Positions 1 to 12,366 of a DNA stretch of 64,000 nucleotides are shown here, in pieces. Source of the stretch: Entomortierella parvispora E1425 (lineage: Eukaryota; Fungi; Mortierellomycota); assembly GCA_020891255.1 (NCBI GenBank), contig BQFW01000002.1, positions 3,224,001-3,288,000 on the forward strand, read 5' to 3'. Both the position numbers and the translations under genes were made by a program. Numbering within the stretch: position 1 is the stretch's first letter; each line of letters begins with the position of its first letter. The notes below the pieces were generated by a model. It did not search any database. It had not been told where the DNA came from and saw only the letters and a list, made by a program, of their open reading frames with translations.

Positions 1-777
1 GGTCGCTCTCGTATTTGTTGATCACATAGCCGCTGAATCCTGTCGACACGATGGCGGTCCCTTGAAGAATGTAGTACAGAGATGATTTGAACATGCGTTC
101 CTTGTCGCCAGGTCTCACCAACGTCTCGTTCTTGAGCCAAATGAACACAGGGATGTAAGCGGCCTATATATGACAGGAGTGGGAAGGGAAAGCACAGGTC
201 ATTAGAAACAAGGAAAAGCCAGTGAGCGAGATGAGTAAAGTAAAGAGGAATATCTCACCGGAAGCAAGACGACACCCATGGCCAAAAGAGTGAACAGCAT
301 TCTGGAAGAGAAAAAGTCTGTCAAGGGGAAGGTCTGACCCCCCTGCCACTCCTCCCAACCCATGGGATACATGAACCGGTTATAGCCCATGCCCAAGATG
401 GCATTGAAGCAAGTGTAAGCGTGGATCCAATATTGGTTCATGCTCATGTTCAACTGAGACTCATGACGGTGTTGACGGATCTTGCGGTAAGTGACATAGA
501 ATCCAATGATGCCCAAGAGTACGTTCGTGAACGCAAACAAAGTAGGCAACGCCGCATGGATCTCGTTCTTGTCGCCGAGCAGGTACATGGATTCCCAACC
601 AGGGTTGTCCCAAAGGAGGTACAGACCCGAAGGCGCAAAGATCAACGAGAGAAAGAGGAGCGAGTAGACAAAGGACGGGGTCAACCAAAACGTCTCTTCG
701 TTCTTGAGCGATCCTGCAGAACAGGCGGCAAAAGCCGCGCCAAAGGAAAAGGACCAGAAAACGTCGACTTCAAGCAT
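1..777 (-). CDS. Uncharacterised multi-pass membrane protein (3' end runs off the window)
   Basis: ATG at 777 (MLEVDVFWSFSFGAAFAAC...) with several hydrophobic segments. A GT-AG intron at about 164-258 joins VLLP to AAYIPVFIWLKNETLVRPGDKERMFKSSLYYILQG..., which stays open to base 1. Confidence 0.75.
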
Positions 778-1513
778 TTTTTTCCCTATGTCTTGATGTA
801 GATAGATGGGAAAGAGGAAGAGAAAAAAATGGGATGTTTGAAAAAAGAAGAAAGGATCTGGGAAAGAGAGGACGACAAAAAAAAAGAGAGATGCGGAGGG
901 TTAAAAGAGGGGTGAGGGAACCCTCGATTTAGGCAGGGTCCCCCTCTCCGTTTTTATGTGGAGGAGGGACGAGGAGGGACATGGCCTGTGGCCGAGCGAG
1001 TTTCCCGTCCCGCGTGCCTGGACATCAACATAGTTGGGGAGACAACAAGGCGTCCGACACGAGGGAAAACACTTCCCATGTAAGCCATGACCCCCTCTTC
1101 ACCCGAACCGAGGGTGTCTGGTCTCTTAGTGCAATCTGCATGTTGATCGTTGGACTGTCTTTCTTCCTCCACAACACCTCTTTCGCACCCACATTGGCCA
1201 GACAGCTTTCTTGTCCCCTTCGTCTTTGCCAACATGCGAGCAATTGATCCGTAGTCTGGATGAACACAAGAAGCTCTTCGTGTCCGAGATAGATAGACAT
1301 ACATCATGCGAAAAAAGGGCAACTACAAGTGTGGGCCAATCCCTTCCTCTGGGCGTTGAGTGAGCAAAAAAGAAAGGAACACGGACCCACAGCAATTAGT
1401 CCTTTTCTTTCCTTTCTTCTTTCTCTTTGCCTTCTATCCCTCCCTTCCTCTCGGCCCTAGTCTTCTCTAGGAACAAATACTCACCTTCAGGAAAAAAAGA
1501 GAATACATCCAGG

Positions 1514-3018
1514 ATGAGCAAACCCACCATCGACCCGTTCACCAACACCGTGATCTATGCGCCGGCGACGGTGCATGCCCAACGCGGCGGCGTACTCTAT
1601 GATCGACTCATGAATGCCATGGCGACCTCTCCTTACCTGCCCAGGAAACTGGTCGAATCAATGCTCCTCTATGTCGAAGTGGCTGTGGTGGGTGTGCCGG
1701 AATGGATCTTTGGCGAGACAAACGGGGAGGCCCCCACGGTCGAAAAACGGATCGACAGTTCCATTGCTGCCAGTCGATTGATCATGGCCGACACTGTCGC
1801 TCGAGGAGATCGACGAAAAGTCGCCGTCTTGACTGGTAAGAAAAACTGCCATGAGCATCAAGACAAAAAAAAAACAGGGTTTTCCGTTCGCAACAGAAAA
1901 CTGAGAGCAGTTGTCTTGACAATCTTTAATGACTTTGTGTTTCTCTTTCCTTTTATCTTTCTTGCTGACATGCTCCAATGTTAGGTGGCGCAGGTGGATT
2001 GGGATTGGTGACAGCAAAGGCCATTGCAGAAGCAGGATATCATGTTATCATTGGTAATGTCAATCGATTGGGCAGCATCGGATATCCATGTTTTATCCCA
2101 TTGCAAGGAGTTAACAGGGGCGCGCTCGGACCATTGACCACATAGGCGACAGAGCACGCGAGGACGGAGAGAAGGTTGTTGCAACGATCAAGGAGCAGAC
2201 CCGCAATGAGAATGTCGAGTTCATCTATCTGGATCTCGCCTCCTTGGAGGAAGTCAAGAAATTTTCTCGGGAGGTCCAAAAGCGCACCAACACCATCGAC
2301 TTGCTCATCAATAGTAAGTTTTTCTCTCGAAAAAAAGGTCGCGCAAACCCAAGAGGGTTGGACAAAGAGGCGACCTTATGACTGATTTCAATGGCACCAT
2401 CCCTTTTTTTTCAATTCGTACAAAGACGCTGGCGTCATGGACATTCCGGAATTCAGACCAACGGCCGAGGGATATGATTGTCAATTCGGTATCAACCATC
2501 TCGGGCACTATTACCTGACGCACTTATTGCTGCCCTTGGTCAAGAAGGCACCCAAGGCGCGTATTGTGATGACGGCCTCTGCCGCTCATTATGGCGCCCA
2601 GTCCATCAACTATGAATCGCTTACGGATGCTAGCAAGTACGATCGACTCCACAACTATTGCGAGTCCAAGTTGGCGACGGTGATGTTTGCGCGTCATTTG
2701 GCAAAGACGTTGAAAGAGACGGATCCTCAGATCACGGTGAATTGTCTGCATCCAGGTTCGTGTAACACGAACCTGTTCAAGAGTTCATTGCAGCTGCAGG
2801 TGATGACAACGATTGGGCTGCAGCTACTGTTGCGTCCTGCGTCCAGGGGAGCAAGAACGATCGTCTATTTGAGTTTGAGCGAGGAGGTGGAAGGGATCAG
2901 CGGTGAGTACTGGTTCGATGAGCGTATGCGGCAACGGAGCCAGGCTTCGAACGATGTGGCCAAGCAGGAAGAGTTGATGCGGTTCTCCAACAAGGCAGCA
3001 GGCATCGCCTCGCTTTGA
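1514..3018 (+). CDS. Short-chain dehydrogenase/reductase, retinol dehydrogenase/DHRSX/WWOX-like
   Basis: Spliced exons give VAVLTG|GAGGLG (TGxxxGxG Rossmann motif), LDLASLEEV, LINN|AGVM, QFGINHLGH and YCESK (YxxxK). Stop at 3016-3018. Confidence 0.9.
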
Positions 3019-3134
3019 TGGCCCTATGGTCCTCCATAATCAAGCTGCATGAAATAGGAGCAAAGAAAAAGAAAAAAGAAAAAAAACGCGCTATGGAACA
3101 CAATTTTGAGTTTTGGGTTGCGGTGACGTTGAAT

Positions 3135-3158
3135 TGTGTGTGTGTGTGTGTATGTGTG
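3135..3158. repeat. (TG)n microsatellite
   Basis: (TG)8 followed by TATGTGTG. Confidence 0.9.
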
Positions 3159-3662
3159 GGGTGATTGTCGAATCAGATCAGATTGCTTCATTCGTTTTCA
3201 TTTCTTGCTTTCCTTTCATCAATTCAATCTCTCCTTCCTATCCTGTCCGCTCTTGTTCATTCATAACTTCAACCTGTAAGCCTGTCGGATGATCTTTGCT
3301 CGGGATGAAACACCTCGACCTCAGGAACAGGGGATGACTCTCGCCTTTCTCATCGAGATCAGCAAAGAAGCACGGATGGCTCAGGCACCACGCGACTCGG
3401 CATCAGCATCAGTCGGGAACACAGCGATCCACAACGGACAAGGATTCAGACTGGAAACTGCGTCTTAACTCGGGAAGGAAGGATCCTCTTTGCATTCATT
3501 CTGTTCATGGTCCTTACCCGGCATCTCCCCTTTCTTTTTTCGTTCACTTCAACAGGCGGCTCCTCTTCTGCTATTACTTTTTAAAACAAGCCTCGATTAG
3601 ACACAACATCCCAAAACGCCACCTTGACCTTTTTACAAAACAACAACGACCAGTTATTCACC

Positions 3663-4809
3663 ATGGATCCAGTTTGGGGAAGCTCCCGCAAATCGTAAGC
3701 ACATATTTTCAATAATTGAGTGCAAGCTGCCTGGACTTGTCCTTGGACTGGGGACTGATTTCTCGCCATTTTTCTTTTGACTTTCTAGAGCGAAAGATAA
3801 CAACGTATCCGCAGGCGGATCAAAGCTGGTGCAGTTGCAACGACAGAGCTCGGCTATCGGAGCTGGATTGCCATCGCTTCACAGTGGAACGACTTCAGCA
3901 TTCTCAGGCACTCCACAACCTGGATTGTCTGCGTTCCTGACTCCTTCGGAACCCGTGGACGATTACGGTGTCTCATCCGGGTCAAAGCAAGGAGACAGCA
4001 ATAGTCACAACTTTGGCCTTGGATCCTTCTCTTCATCTTCTTCGTCAGCAGTACCACAGCCACAGAATCAGCACTCACAGCACTATCAGCAGGCGAGCGG
4101 CCCCGGAAGTTTAGCGAGCTCAGGGCAACAGCAACAATTGTCGACTGGCTCTGAAATCCATCCTTTGCACTTCAACTGGGTCTTTTGGTTCATGCACAGG
4201 GCTCCTGGAAGCAGGATCTTGAACTATGAGAGCGCCATGAAGAGGATTGCTAGCTTTGGCTCTGTAAGTTGTGACTCTTTCAGTCTCAGGAGGCCCTTTT
4301 TTTTATTGATGACGACTATGCCAATGTTTTGGCGCCAGACTAACACTCTTTGGATCTGTATTTTTTTTTAATAGGTTGAAGACTTTTGGGCCGTGTATTC
4401 TCATCTCCGAAGACCTCATGAGTTACCCCATGTGAGCGATTACCACTTGTTTAAGCAGGGCGTCCGGCCTGTGTGGGAGGACGCCACCAACATCAATGGT
4501 GGCAAATGGATCGTGCGGTTGAAGAAGGGTCTCGCCAGCCGGTACTGGGAGAACCTGGTTATGGCCGTCATTGGAGATCAATTTGATGTCGGTACCGAGA
4601 TTTGTGGCGCGGTCTTGTCGATCCGTGGAGGAGAGGATATCCTCTCGCTCTGGAACCAGTCTGCTCACGAGGGTCGGATTAATCTCAAGATCAGGGATAC
4701 GATGAAGCGCGTCTTGAACTTGCCTGCAGACACCATCATGGAATACAAAACTCACAACGATGCCTTGAAGGACAACACGAGCTTCAGAAACACGGACGTT
4801 TTCAGGTGA
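3663..4809 (+). CDS. EIF4E2: Class II eIF4E (4EHP/nCBP-like cap-binding protein)
   Basis: Three exons (ATG 3663; introns about 3695-3788 and 4264-4375). Motifs HPLHFNWVFWF, S|VEDFWAVYSHL, DYHLFKQGVRPVWED, NGGKWIVRLKKGLASRYWENLV. Tyr (NYE) lies at the W56-equivalent position, typical of class II. Confidence 0.9.
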
Positions 4810-5049
4810 AAGGTGACGGGTTGAAGTTTATCAACCCCTTTCATTCAGGCCAGGCAGCCAGTCATCACCTCTTCTTCAGCCTGGCTGCCCATAAACCCCT
4901 CCATCCCAACCTCAAGTTTTTTTTTCCCTTTTTTTTTCTTTTTTCTTCTTTTTCTTTTGCTCCGTGCTAGATCACAATAAAAAAAAAGTGCTACAGCATG
5001 AAGGAAACAAACGATATATTGAAGATTGACTTTGCGCACACAACGTTGT

Positions 5050-6388
5050 TCACAAGTTCTGAGGCATACTGGAATAAGGTGGTGGGGCGTTTGTGGAATC
5101 CTCCTGGGCTACAGAGGCCTTGGCCTCCTTTTCCTTGTCACTCGCCTTCTCTGTGGCTGCAGCTCCCGTGGCCTTGTAGAACCGGAGGGTGCTGTGGGCA
5201 TTGGTAGTAGAGATCTTCATCTCGCTAGGTCCATGACCTCGCGTACCCCTCTTGGACGACTTTTTGTCCGTACTAAAAGTCAAATCCGTGCCCTCGACCG
5301 TGGCCGTAGAGTTGCTGGTGTCGAGAATGAAGGATCCTTGGAATTCTTCCGTCTATTTTTTCACATTTTCGAGCCATTTGCGTCAATAAAAAAATCCAAA
5401 AGGACCTTGTCAAATGCAATGCGTGTCTTTTTTCACTTACCAAGTTGACATCCACAGAAGAGTTGGAAGAACTGGCCTCACCCTTGAAGGGCTGGTTGGG
5501 TGGCAACGTGATGGAAGAGGTAATGTTTCCATTGGAGGACCCTTGCTTCACCTCCAAAGGCTGGGTTGTGTTTCTGGCATCGAGGTTCAAGTGAATCTTG
5601 GCGTTGCTGGTCATGTTCTGGATGAACGAGGCCCGGTCGGCCTTGGTCAATAGGGCCTCAATCTCCAAATGACCGTTGCTGCTCGTGTTCTCCATCCAAA
5701 GACCGCGCGACGTTTCCAAAGCCGAGACGGTGCACTCGATCCTGCTGTTGGTGGTCCTTGTGCGCACGGTTGATTGTTGGCCATCCCACGGCTCCCGGAC
5801 CTTCACCTGGGTCTCAATAGCGCCGTTGGTCGAGGTCAAGTTCAAATGACCTGCCTCAAACCGTCCACGGATCGATGCATTCGTGGTCCCGATCTGGATC
5901 GCATCGGCGCGAAGGACCTTGGTCTCCACGCTCGCATTCGTGAACGACCCCTTGAGCGATCCAAATAACAATCTCGCGAGCTCCACTCCGGCTGAGAAGG
6001 TAGTACTGGGGGATTGGACAGACAAGGAGCCCGTGGAGGTGAGGGAGGCCGGGTATTGAATCATGGTTTCGTGGTAGATGCGTGTGTTGATGCCCCAATC
6101 GGGCGGGGTTTCCAGAGTGATGGTCAAAGTTTGTTGGTCAAAGACGGGTTGAAGCGTCACTTCCTTTTCAAGTCCCTGACGCGGGATCCAGATACGGGTC
6201 GAGACTAGACCTTTTCCAGAATCGTCGGTTTCGATGCCGCCGTGGACAAGGCGGATCTTGCCCGAGATTTTGCCTTGGGCATGAAAGACCACGTTGGGGT
6301 AGTCCTGGGGGTTGAAGGATGTGTCGTCGTTGGGGAGACGGACGGGGATATTGGGGTTGCCGAGGAGTCCAGAGAGATGTTGGAACAT
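5050..6388 (-). CDS. DUF4097/putative adhesin-like beta-repeat protein
   Basis: Repeated (T/S)(T/S)N(A/G)xI units (TTNASIRG, STNGAIE, TTNSRIE, SSNGHLE, SSNGNIT). One intron near 5345-5437 joins the 371-aa ORF to the exon ending PPPYSSMPQNL. Confidence 0.65.
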
Positions 6389-6535
6389 TTTTGTATTGTT
6401 TTGTGAGAGGGAGAGTGTCAGTGTGAGTGTGAGTGTGAATGCAAGTGTGGATTGTAGAGGAGAGGAGCTTCTGCAAGTATCTGGGCGAATGTGGTGGGAA
6501 TGAGTGAAATCAAGAAAGGAAGAAGCAGCGTGCGA

Positions 6536-6543
6536 CTTTTATA
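6536..6543 (-). promoter_or_regulatory. TATA-box-like element upstream of the DUF4097-like gene
   Basis: TATAAAAG on the minus strand about 150 bp upstream of ATG 6388. Confidence 0.45.
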
Positions 6544-6658
6544 TGGTGTCGATGCCCAGACTCACAAAAAAGGGAAGAACCAAACGCGGCGCTGCGTGAC
6601 GAATGAGAGAGGCCCAAACATCACTTTCGATGTTTGTTTTGCCGAGAGCCAAGCACGG

Positions 6659-6667
6659 CCCATTTCC
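6659..6667. repeat. Left 9-bp target-site duplication (CCCATTTCC)
   Basis: The identical 9-mer occurs at 12920-12928, directly outside the other TIR. Confidence 0.95.
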
Positions 6668-7220
6668 TAGTCTCGTCACCATCCCCTCCGCCGGTTCACA
6701 GGAGAGTCACAAGTGCTGACGCACCTGCCTTTTTAGGCAGCTCTCACTGAAAACCTCTAGAGGGGCTGGTCGGCAAGTAAGGTTTCCACTATGACCCTGC
6801 AGAGCTCTGTCAAAAAAATAACGGCAAAGTCGAAAAACAGCTCAGTTTTGCTCATCCTCCCTTCATCATTCACCTCATCTCGCACCATTAATCTATGGTC
6901 GCCTTGCCATTCCACTCCCATTCCCCTCCCATTCCCCTGTTTCCATCGCAATCTTCCACTCTCAGTGCGTTCTCGCTCTCTTGACGACCTTCATACAAAG
7001 CGCCTCCGCCGTTCCCCGTCTCTCAGGTTATTTGTTTTCGCTGAGAAAAGTGCTCCAGGTACGCCTTCATGGACACGAATATATGAACTAGCACGCTCTG
7101 GCCATGGAAACTAACAGCTATTCCCTCTTCTACACCAAAAGCCCAGTCCTCAATTGATCCCCCCGCTCTTCAATTGATCCCTCCGTCCTCATATCCCGTC
7201 CAATTGGTATCACGCTAGTA
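6668..7220 (+). repeat. Left terminal inverted repeat (553 bp)
   Basis: Reverse complement of 12367-12919. The 107-aa ORFs at 6791-7114 and 12473-12796 translate identically, and the match ends at ...CACGCTAGTA. Confidence 0.95.
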
Positions 7221-9253
7221 TGCCTCCTTTGTCTGATACTGATCGCGTCATAAGTGTCTGCGAAGACAAACTCGGCGTCATCCCCAAGCCCGAGCAATTG
7301 GACGTTCTCCGATCCATTATTGATCGGAGAGATTGCGTCTTAATTGCCCCCACAGGTTGGGGAAAAACTCTGGCCTTCACTCTTCCACTATTTCTGTGGA
7401 GTGACGCTGCCATCCTTGTAATAACACCTCTTAAGGCTCTTGGCATCGAACAAAGAGACAAGCTCAAGAATCTCAACATCGAATGTGTCAGTATCACGGA
7501 GGATGATAAGGATATCAACGCCTCCAAAGTCCTCCAAGGTGGATATCGGGCAATTTTTCTATCTCCAGAGATGCTTCTTGAATCCAAACGATTAAAGGGT
7601 CTTTGGGAAAACAGCAAATGGGCTGAAAGCATACGCGCTGTTGTTGTTGATGAAGCCCATTGCATCCACGCCTGGGGATCGTCATTTCGCCACGCTTTTG
7701 GGGAGCTTGCTAAGTTGCGCTACAGGCTAAACAATCGAGCACCTTTCATAGCTGCCTCGGCTACACTTCCCAGATCAATTTTGAAGACTACAATACTATC
7801 ACTGGACATGATGAACCCGACTATCATCAACATCGGTAACGATCGACCCAATATCATGTACAAGGTCACTTCATTTAAGGAGGCCGTATCATCATTTAAA
7901 GATCTCCTTTTCTTGAAGGACAAGGCCAAGACCATCGTTTATTTCGACAACCGGGATTTAGCAGAGCAAGCTGGACACCTTCTACGCACTTGGTTCGGCC
8001 AAGAACAAGTTCGGGTGTATCATGGTTTCAAAACCGATGATCTCAAGAATCGTCGCATGAAGGAGTTCCGTGAAGGCAAATATCCTATTTTGCTAGCAAC
8101 GGAAGCCGCAGGTATGGGATGTGACATTAGGGATATCGCTCGTGTTGTCCAGTATGGCTACCCTCGGGATATAAATTGTCTTTTTCAGCGATTTGGACGA
8201 GCTGCAAGGGACGGCACAATCCAAGGATACGGTATATTTTTGGTCCCAAAATCGGCACCAAAAGTTACCCCCAAAAAAAAAAGATCCCGTTCAGCAAGAT
8301 CTTAAAGACCTTATTGACCTAGCGAACTCTCCTGGATGTATCCGAAAGTATTTTAACGATTACTACGGGAACGAGCACGTCCCAGTTACGGACGTGTGCT
8401 GCAATATCTGCAATCCGGATGAAGCTGATGACAAGGACGAGTCGTCAACAATTCAGCCAGCAGACAAGGCATCGAAACGAGAGAAATGGGATAAGAATGA
8501 GGCGGAACAAGTCCGGAATGCGCTGATAGTATGGAGGGATAATATGTATGACTTGCACTTTAAGGGCCGCATGCACGACACAGAACAAACGGTCATGACC
8601 GACTACATGTTAAACAAGACCGTCAAGAAGTACAAGAGTATAATTGCTGCCAGATCAATCGACATGCTATACTGGGACCCACTGAATGAAACATATCCAA
8701 GCCAGGTGCTAGAGATCATCATGGGTTTGGGCAAGCAATTCTTGGAGGAGAAGGACGAGAAGGAAAAAAAAATCGCCAAGAAAAGGAGCGACGGCGGCAA
8801 TTTGGAATGGCCCCATCTTTTCAAATTCCTCCTTTGATCAGTGCCACAACGGATCAGCAGGAAATGCAAGTCGTTTCCACAGCCAGTCGCGACCAGCAAC
8901 AGTCAGACCAACTAATAAGTGAAGATGAAATGGAGATTCATTCGCTGCAGGACGGCTATGGCCAGCGGCAGATTGATCAAAACCTTCCACCGCAACAAGT
9001 CAAGGAAAGCAAAAATCTCACGCAATTGCTGCTTAAACCCCCGAAAACACCTCCAAAAAAAACGAAGGCGATACGAAAAAAGGGAGGAACAGCAACAGAG
9101 AACAACCCTTCGTCTAAACAAAAGGAACTCAAGGTAATCCAATATTTTCTTCCGCCATCACCACAGAGAAGCAATCAAGTTCAAGACAATACTTCCACGC
9201 CTCCTACAATATCAATTATTCAACATTTCGGCCCCTCTGCTCTGAAGCGGTGA
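7220..9253 (+). CDS. Transposon-encoded RecQ-like helicase (two frameshifts in A runs)
   Basis: Motifs APTGWGKT, VVVDEAH, ASAT, LATEAAGMGCD, QRFGRAAR. In the next frame, an RQC-like Zn motif (CIRKYF...CCNIC) and an HRDC-like helix region. Frames switch at A10 (8273-8282) and A9 (8764-8772). Confidence 0.85.
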
Positions 9254-9834
9254 CAACTATAACAGCACTTCAAATAGAAATAAAAAAACCTCGCTCATGA
9301 AAGTCGAGGAGGTGGAGGTATACTACCGGCAGCCTGCACAAACGTTGCAGTTGGGCAAGGGGACTGGGACTGGGCGAAAAAGAGAACCGGTGCACTGCGT
9401 CTCTCAAAAGAAAAAAAGCCAGTGCGCCGAACTGGTTCACTGCTCTCACTCAATTTTTTTTCTTCATTTTTTCCCTGGACCAATTTATTGAGGCTGAGAA
9501 GGGTCGAAACAAGAAAACAGAGACCTCAAAGAGTAGTATGAGAAAACAATGTCACCAACACCAGTGACATCCCTTGGAGGATTGGAAGCAAAAGAGAGGA
9601 GAGGGATCTGTATTTCAGCTCAGGCTGCGTACGATCAAAGCAATGGACCGAGAAAAATTTCCGGAAAAAAAAAATCACTAGAACCACGGTTCCAAAAATG
9701 TGCGCCGACCTCGAAAAAAAATGAGAACCGAAGTACACCACAGAGTGGTCCCAATCCAATGGACAGATACTTGTCGGCAGGGGCGCCGTGTGGCTCTGCG
9801 GTTAGATGTACATTGCAGGGAGGTGCTGCTTTAT

Positions 9835-12263
9835 TTAACAAAAGTTATTTTCAACGAACTCGTCCAGGTCGAATTGTGAGATGTCGAATTCAGGAAACTC
9901 TAGTGCTTCATCATCAGCAATTGTAGGGCGTTCCTCGTCCATCTCAGCATCTTCCTCCTCCTCCTCCATCTCGACATCCATCTCACCAGCGTCTTCATTA
10001 CAATAGCGACCACAGCATTTCTTGAAAACAGCAATTCGACGCTTATCTACAATATTATTGCGTCCCTCTGCCAAAAGATCTCTCACAGCAGGAACCACAA
10101 GATCAGGAGATATATCGTCATGCGTGAAAAAGCCAGCCTCGATGCACCGCTGCTTAATTATATCGATGTCCGCCACAGAGGATGGAGCTGAGTGGTTGGT
10201 TCCACAATGAGGCGTTTTGAACATTTTCTCGACCGTCCTCGCAATCTCCTGGAACGTGCGAACGTTTGGCGCAATTTTTTTCTCTAAAATACCCCAGTTC
10301 AGATTGCTGGACTTTTGCCGCGTGTCTGATTTTTGTAAGAAGATTGTTGTGCTCTTGATAAAGGTCGGTGGGTATCCATCTGTTTGGTTGTCCAGTAGTA
10401 TTAACTAGCATCGAGGATAATATGGTATTCCTATCCTCTGTCTTCCAAGAATAAAAGAGGCCACAGTGAAGTCGTAGAAGCTCATTTGCGTAGTTTCTAT
10501 TGCCTCCAGCTTGAAAGGTCAAGGTAAGCCATCGGATCATCTCCAGAATTCGCCCTATATCCCCTGCTTTGATCGCTGATCCCAGCTCAATGTAGAACAG
10601 CATGTCCCGAATGAACAACGCGGCGTTGACTGACTGCTGATTTGCCATGCCACCAAGGCCTGTTGCTGTCAAATATTGGCCGATGATACCGTCAACCTTA
10701 TCCATGACATCCATTGATGAGTGAGGCATCTGTCCGGAGGACTTGCTGGACAATTCCTCTTCACTCTTGAGCTTGATTTCCCAAATGAGCAAGACTATGG
10801 CATCAAAAACATGGCGAAGAAATTCATCAAGATCATGGAAACTAGACTTGTCTGGGCTGATCCGCTTTTTTTCCAAGGCCGCGACGAAGGAGCTGAGCGA
10901 TCCAGGTGTTGTTCGAGTGCCCCAGTGCGTCTTCAAAATTGTTGATGCCAGAACCATCTGAAGATGAAAAAGTTGAAGGACAGGGATTGCCCATTCCACA
11001 CGGTAGTACGCCAAGTCCTCATCCCATCGTAATCTTGCTACACTTCGTATTCTGGCCAAGGTGAGTTGATCTCCTGCAACAACAAGACGCGTCTGATCAA
11101 AGAAAGTCTCTGGCGAAAGCTGAAGCACCTTCATGATCTTGTCAAGAATATCCCTGTTGCCTTCCACGGTTGACTGGTCAATGTGCATGGATGGAAGTGG
11201 GTAAGCTTTGGTTCTCTCCACTTTGAGTTTGTTCTTGACTGGCTCAGGAATAGGGTTTTTGAGAGATATGGTTCCTCGTCTTCGCAGCGCCTCAATCAGA
11301 TGATAACGGTATGTTTCCTTCAAATGACTGTCCTGTTCTTTGGAGGGGTACAAATCGGAGGCACGTATATGCCTCGTGGCATCTTGCACCCCTTCAACAG
11401 CAGGCATCTCAGAAGTGAGAATTGCCGTCGCTGTGGCACCATTTTCGAATGAATCTTTGTTTGTCGTTCTCTGATTGTAGCGCCGAAATGCCATGTTGAT
11501 GTTATCGTACACAATCATGAACGGTTGTTTCCTGTCCTTCAAAATTGACTGGATTTTTTTCTAAATGTGCCGTGGTCAGATGATCCAAGCCCTCCATAAT
11601 CCAGTCAAAGCTATTGCTGAGTCCAGCTCTTTGGAGAACACTGACCAACGACTTTGTAGCACCCTGGCTATAAAAGTAGAGACTGAAGATACCTTGGAGG
11701 AAATTTGCCCGTCTATTCCACGTCCTGAGGACGACACTGGCGACTACAGGGACGGCGGGGATTTCTGGTTCGAAAGGTGAAAGCCTCTTGTCGTTTATGA
11801 GACCACGCAGCAAGGCTAGGGATATGGGGGCATGCCCCTCCATTTCTCGCAGGATATTTTCGAGGCGGAACTGTTCCAGAGCTTCCCCGGTTACTGCAGT
11901 GGCAGGGAGCCCAATATTCATGGTATGGCTGGCTCGTTCGATTTCTGGCCGTGCGAACTTCAGCACGAAATCCATGGCAGAAGTCAATAGAGTTTTAGAA
12001 TGGTCCTTCTTGATGCTGTCCTTCCAGATATCGAAGCAACGGGCGGGGCATCCATGTGCGAGGAAGTGATCAACTTTTCTTTTCACCACAATGTCATCTG
12101 AATTGAGACAGGCTTCAATGAACGAACCAAACGAAAGCCCGCAATCTCTGATATACTCTAGAATAGCAACGAGATTTTTGCCTTGGTCCTCAGAGACAGG
12201 CCTCTCCTTTGGTTGTTTGACCCACTGGCTTCGGGGAATGCGACGATGAAGAGATGTGACCAT
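9835..12263 (-). CDS. Academ-type DDE transposase (DUF6589-like; two frameshifts in A runs)
   Basis: Candidate catalytic motifs IVYDNIN, VAGDQLT and DLYQEHNN, plus LQLFHLQM. Three ORFs (11502-12263, 10154-11542, 9835-10224) join into one protein if one base is removed at 11554-11560 and one at 10313-10316. Confidence 0.85.
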
Positions 12264-12366
12264 ATTTTTTTATCGTGGGGGGGGGGGGCTGTCAACAGGA
12301 CGGGAGAACTGATATCGGCCGTTAGAACAATGATTTTTTCATCAAACGCGAAAAAATCGCGAACTT

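Noticed and set aside
6791-7114. Two identical 107-aa ORFs (also 12473-12796) suggesting a duplicated gene
   Set aside because: They are the two TIR copies. The composition is promoter-like and there is no protein motif.
9297-9926. Possible third gene inside the transposon (ORFs 9297-9491 and 9549-9926)
   Set aside because: No recognisable motif, and one overlaps the transposase 3' end on the other strand. It cannot be supported without comparing other copies.
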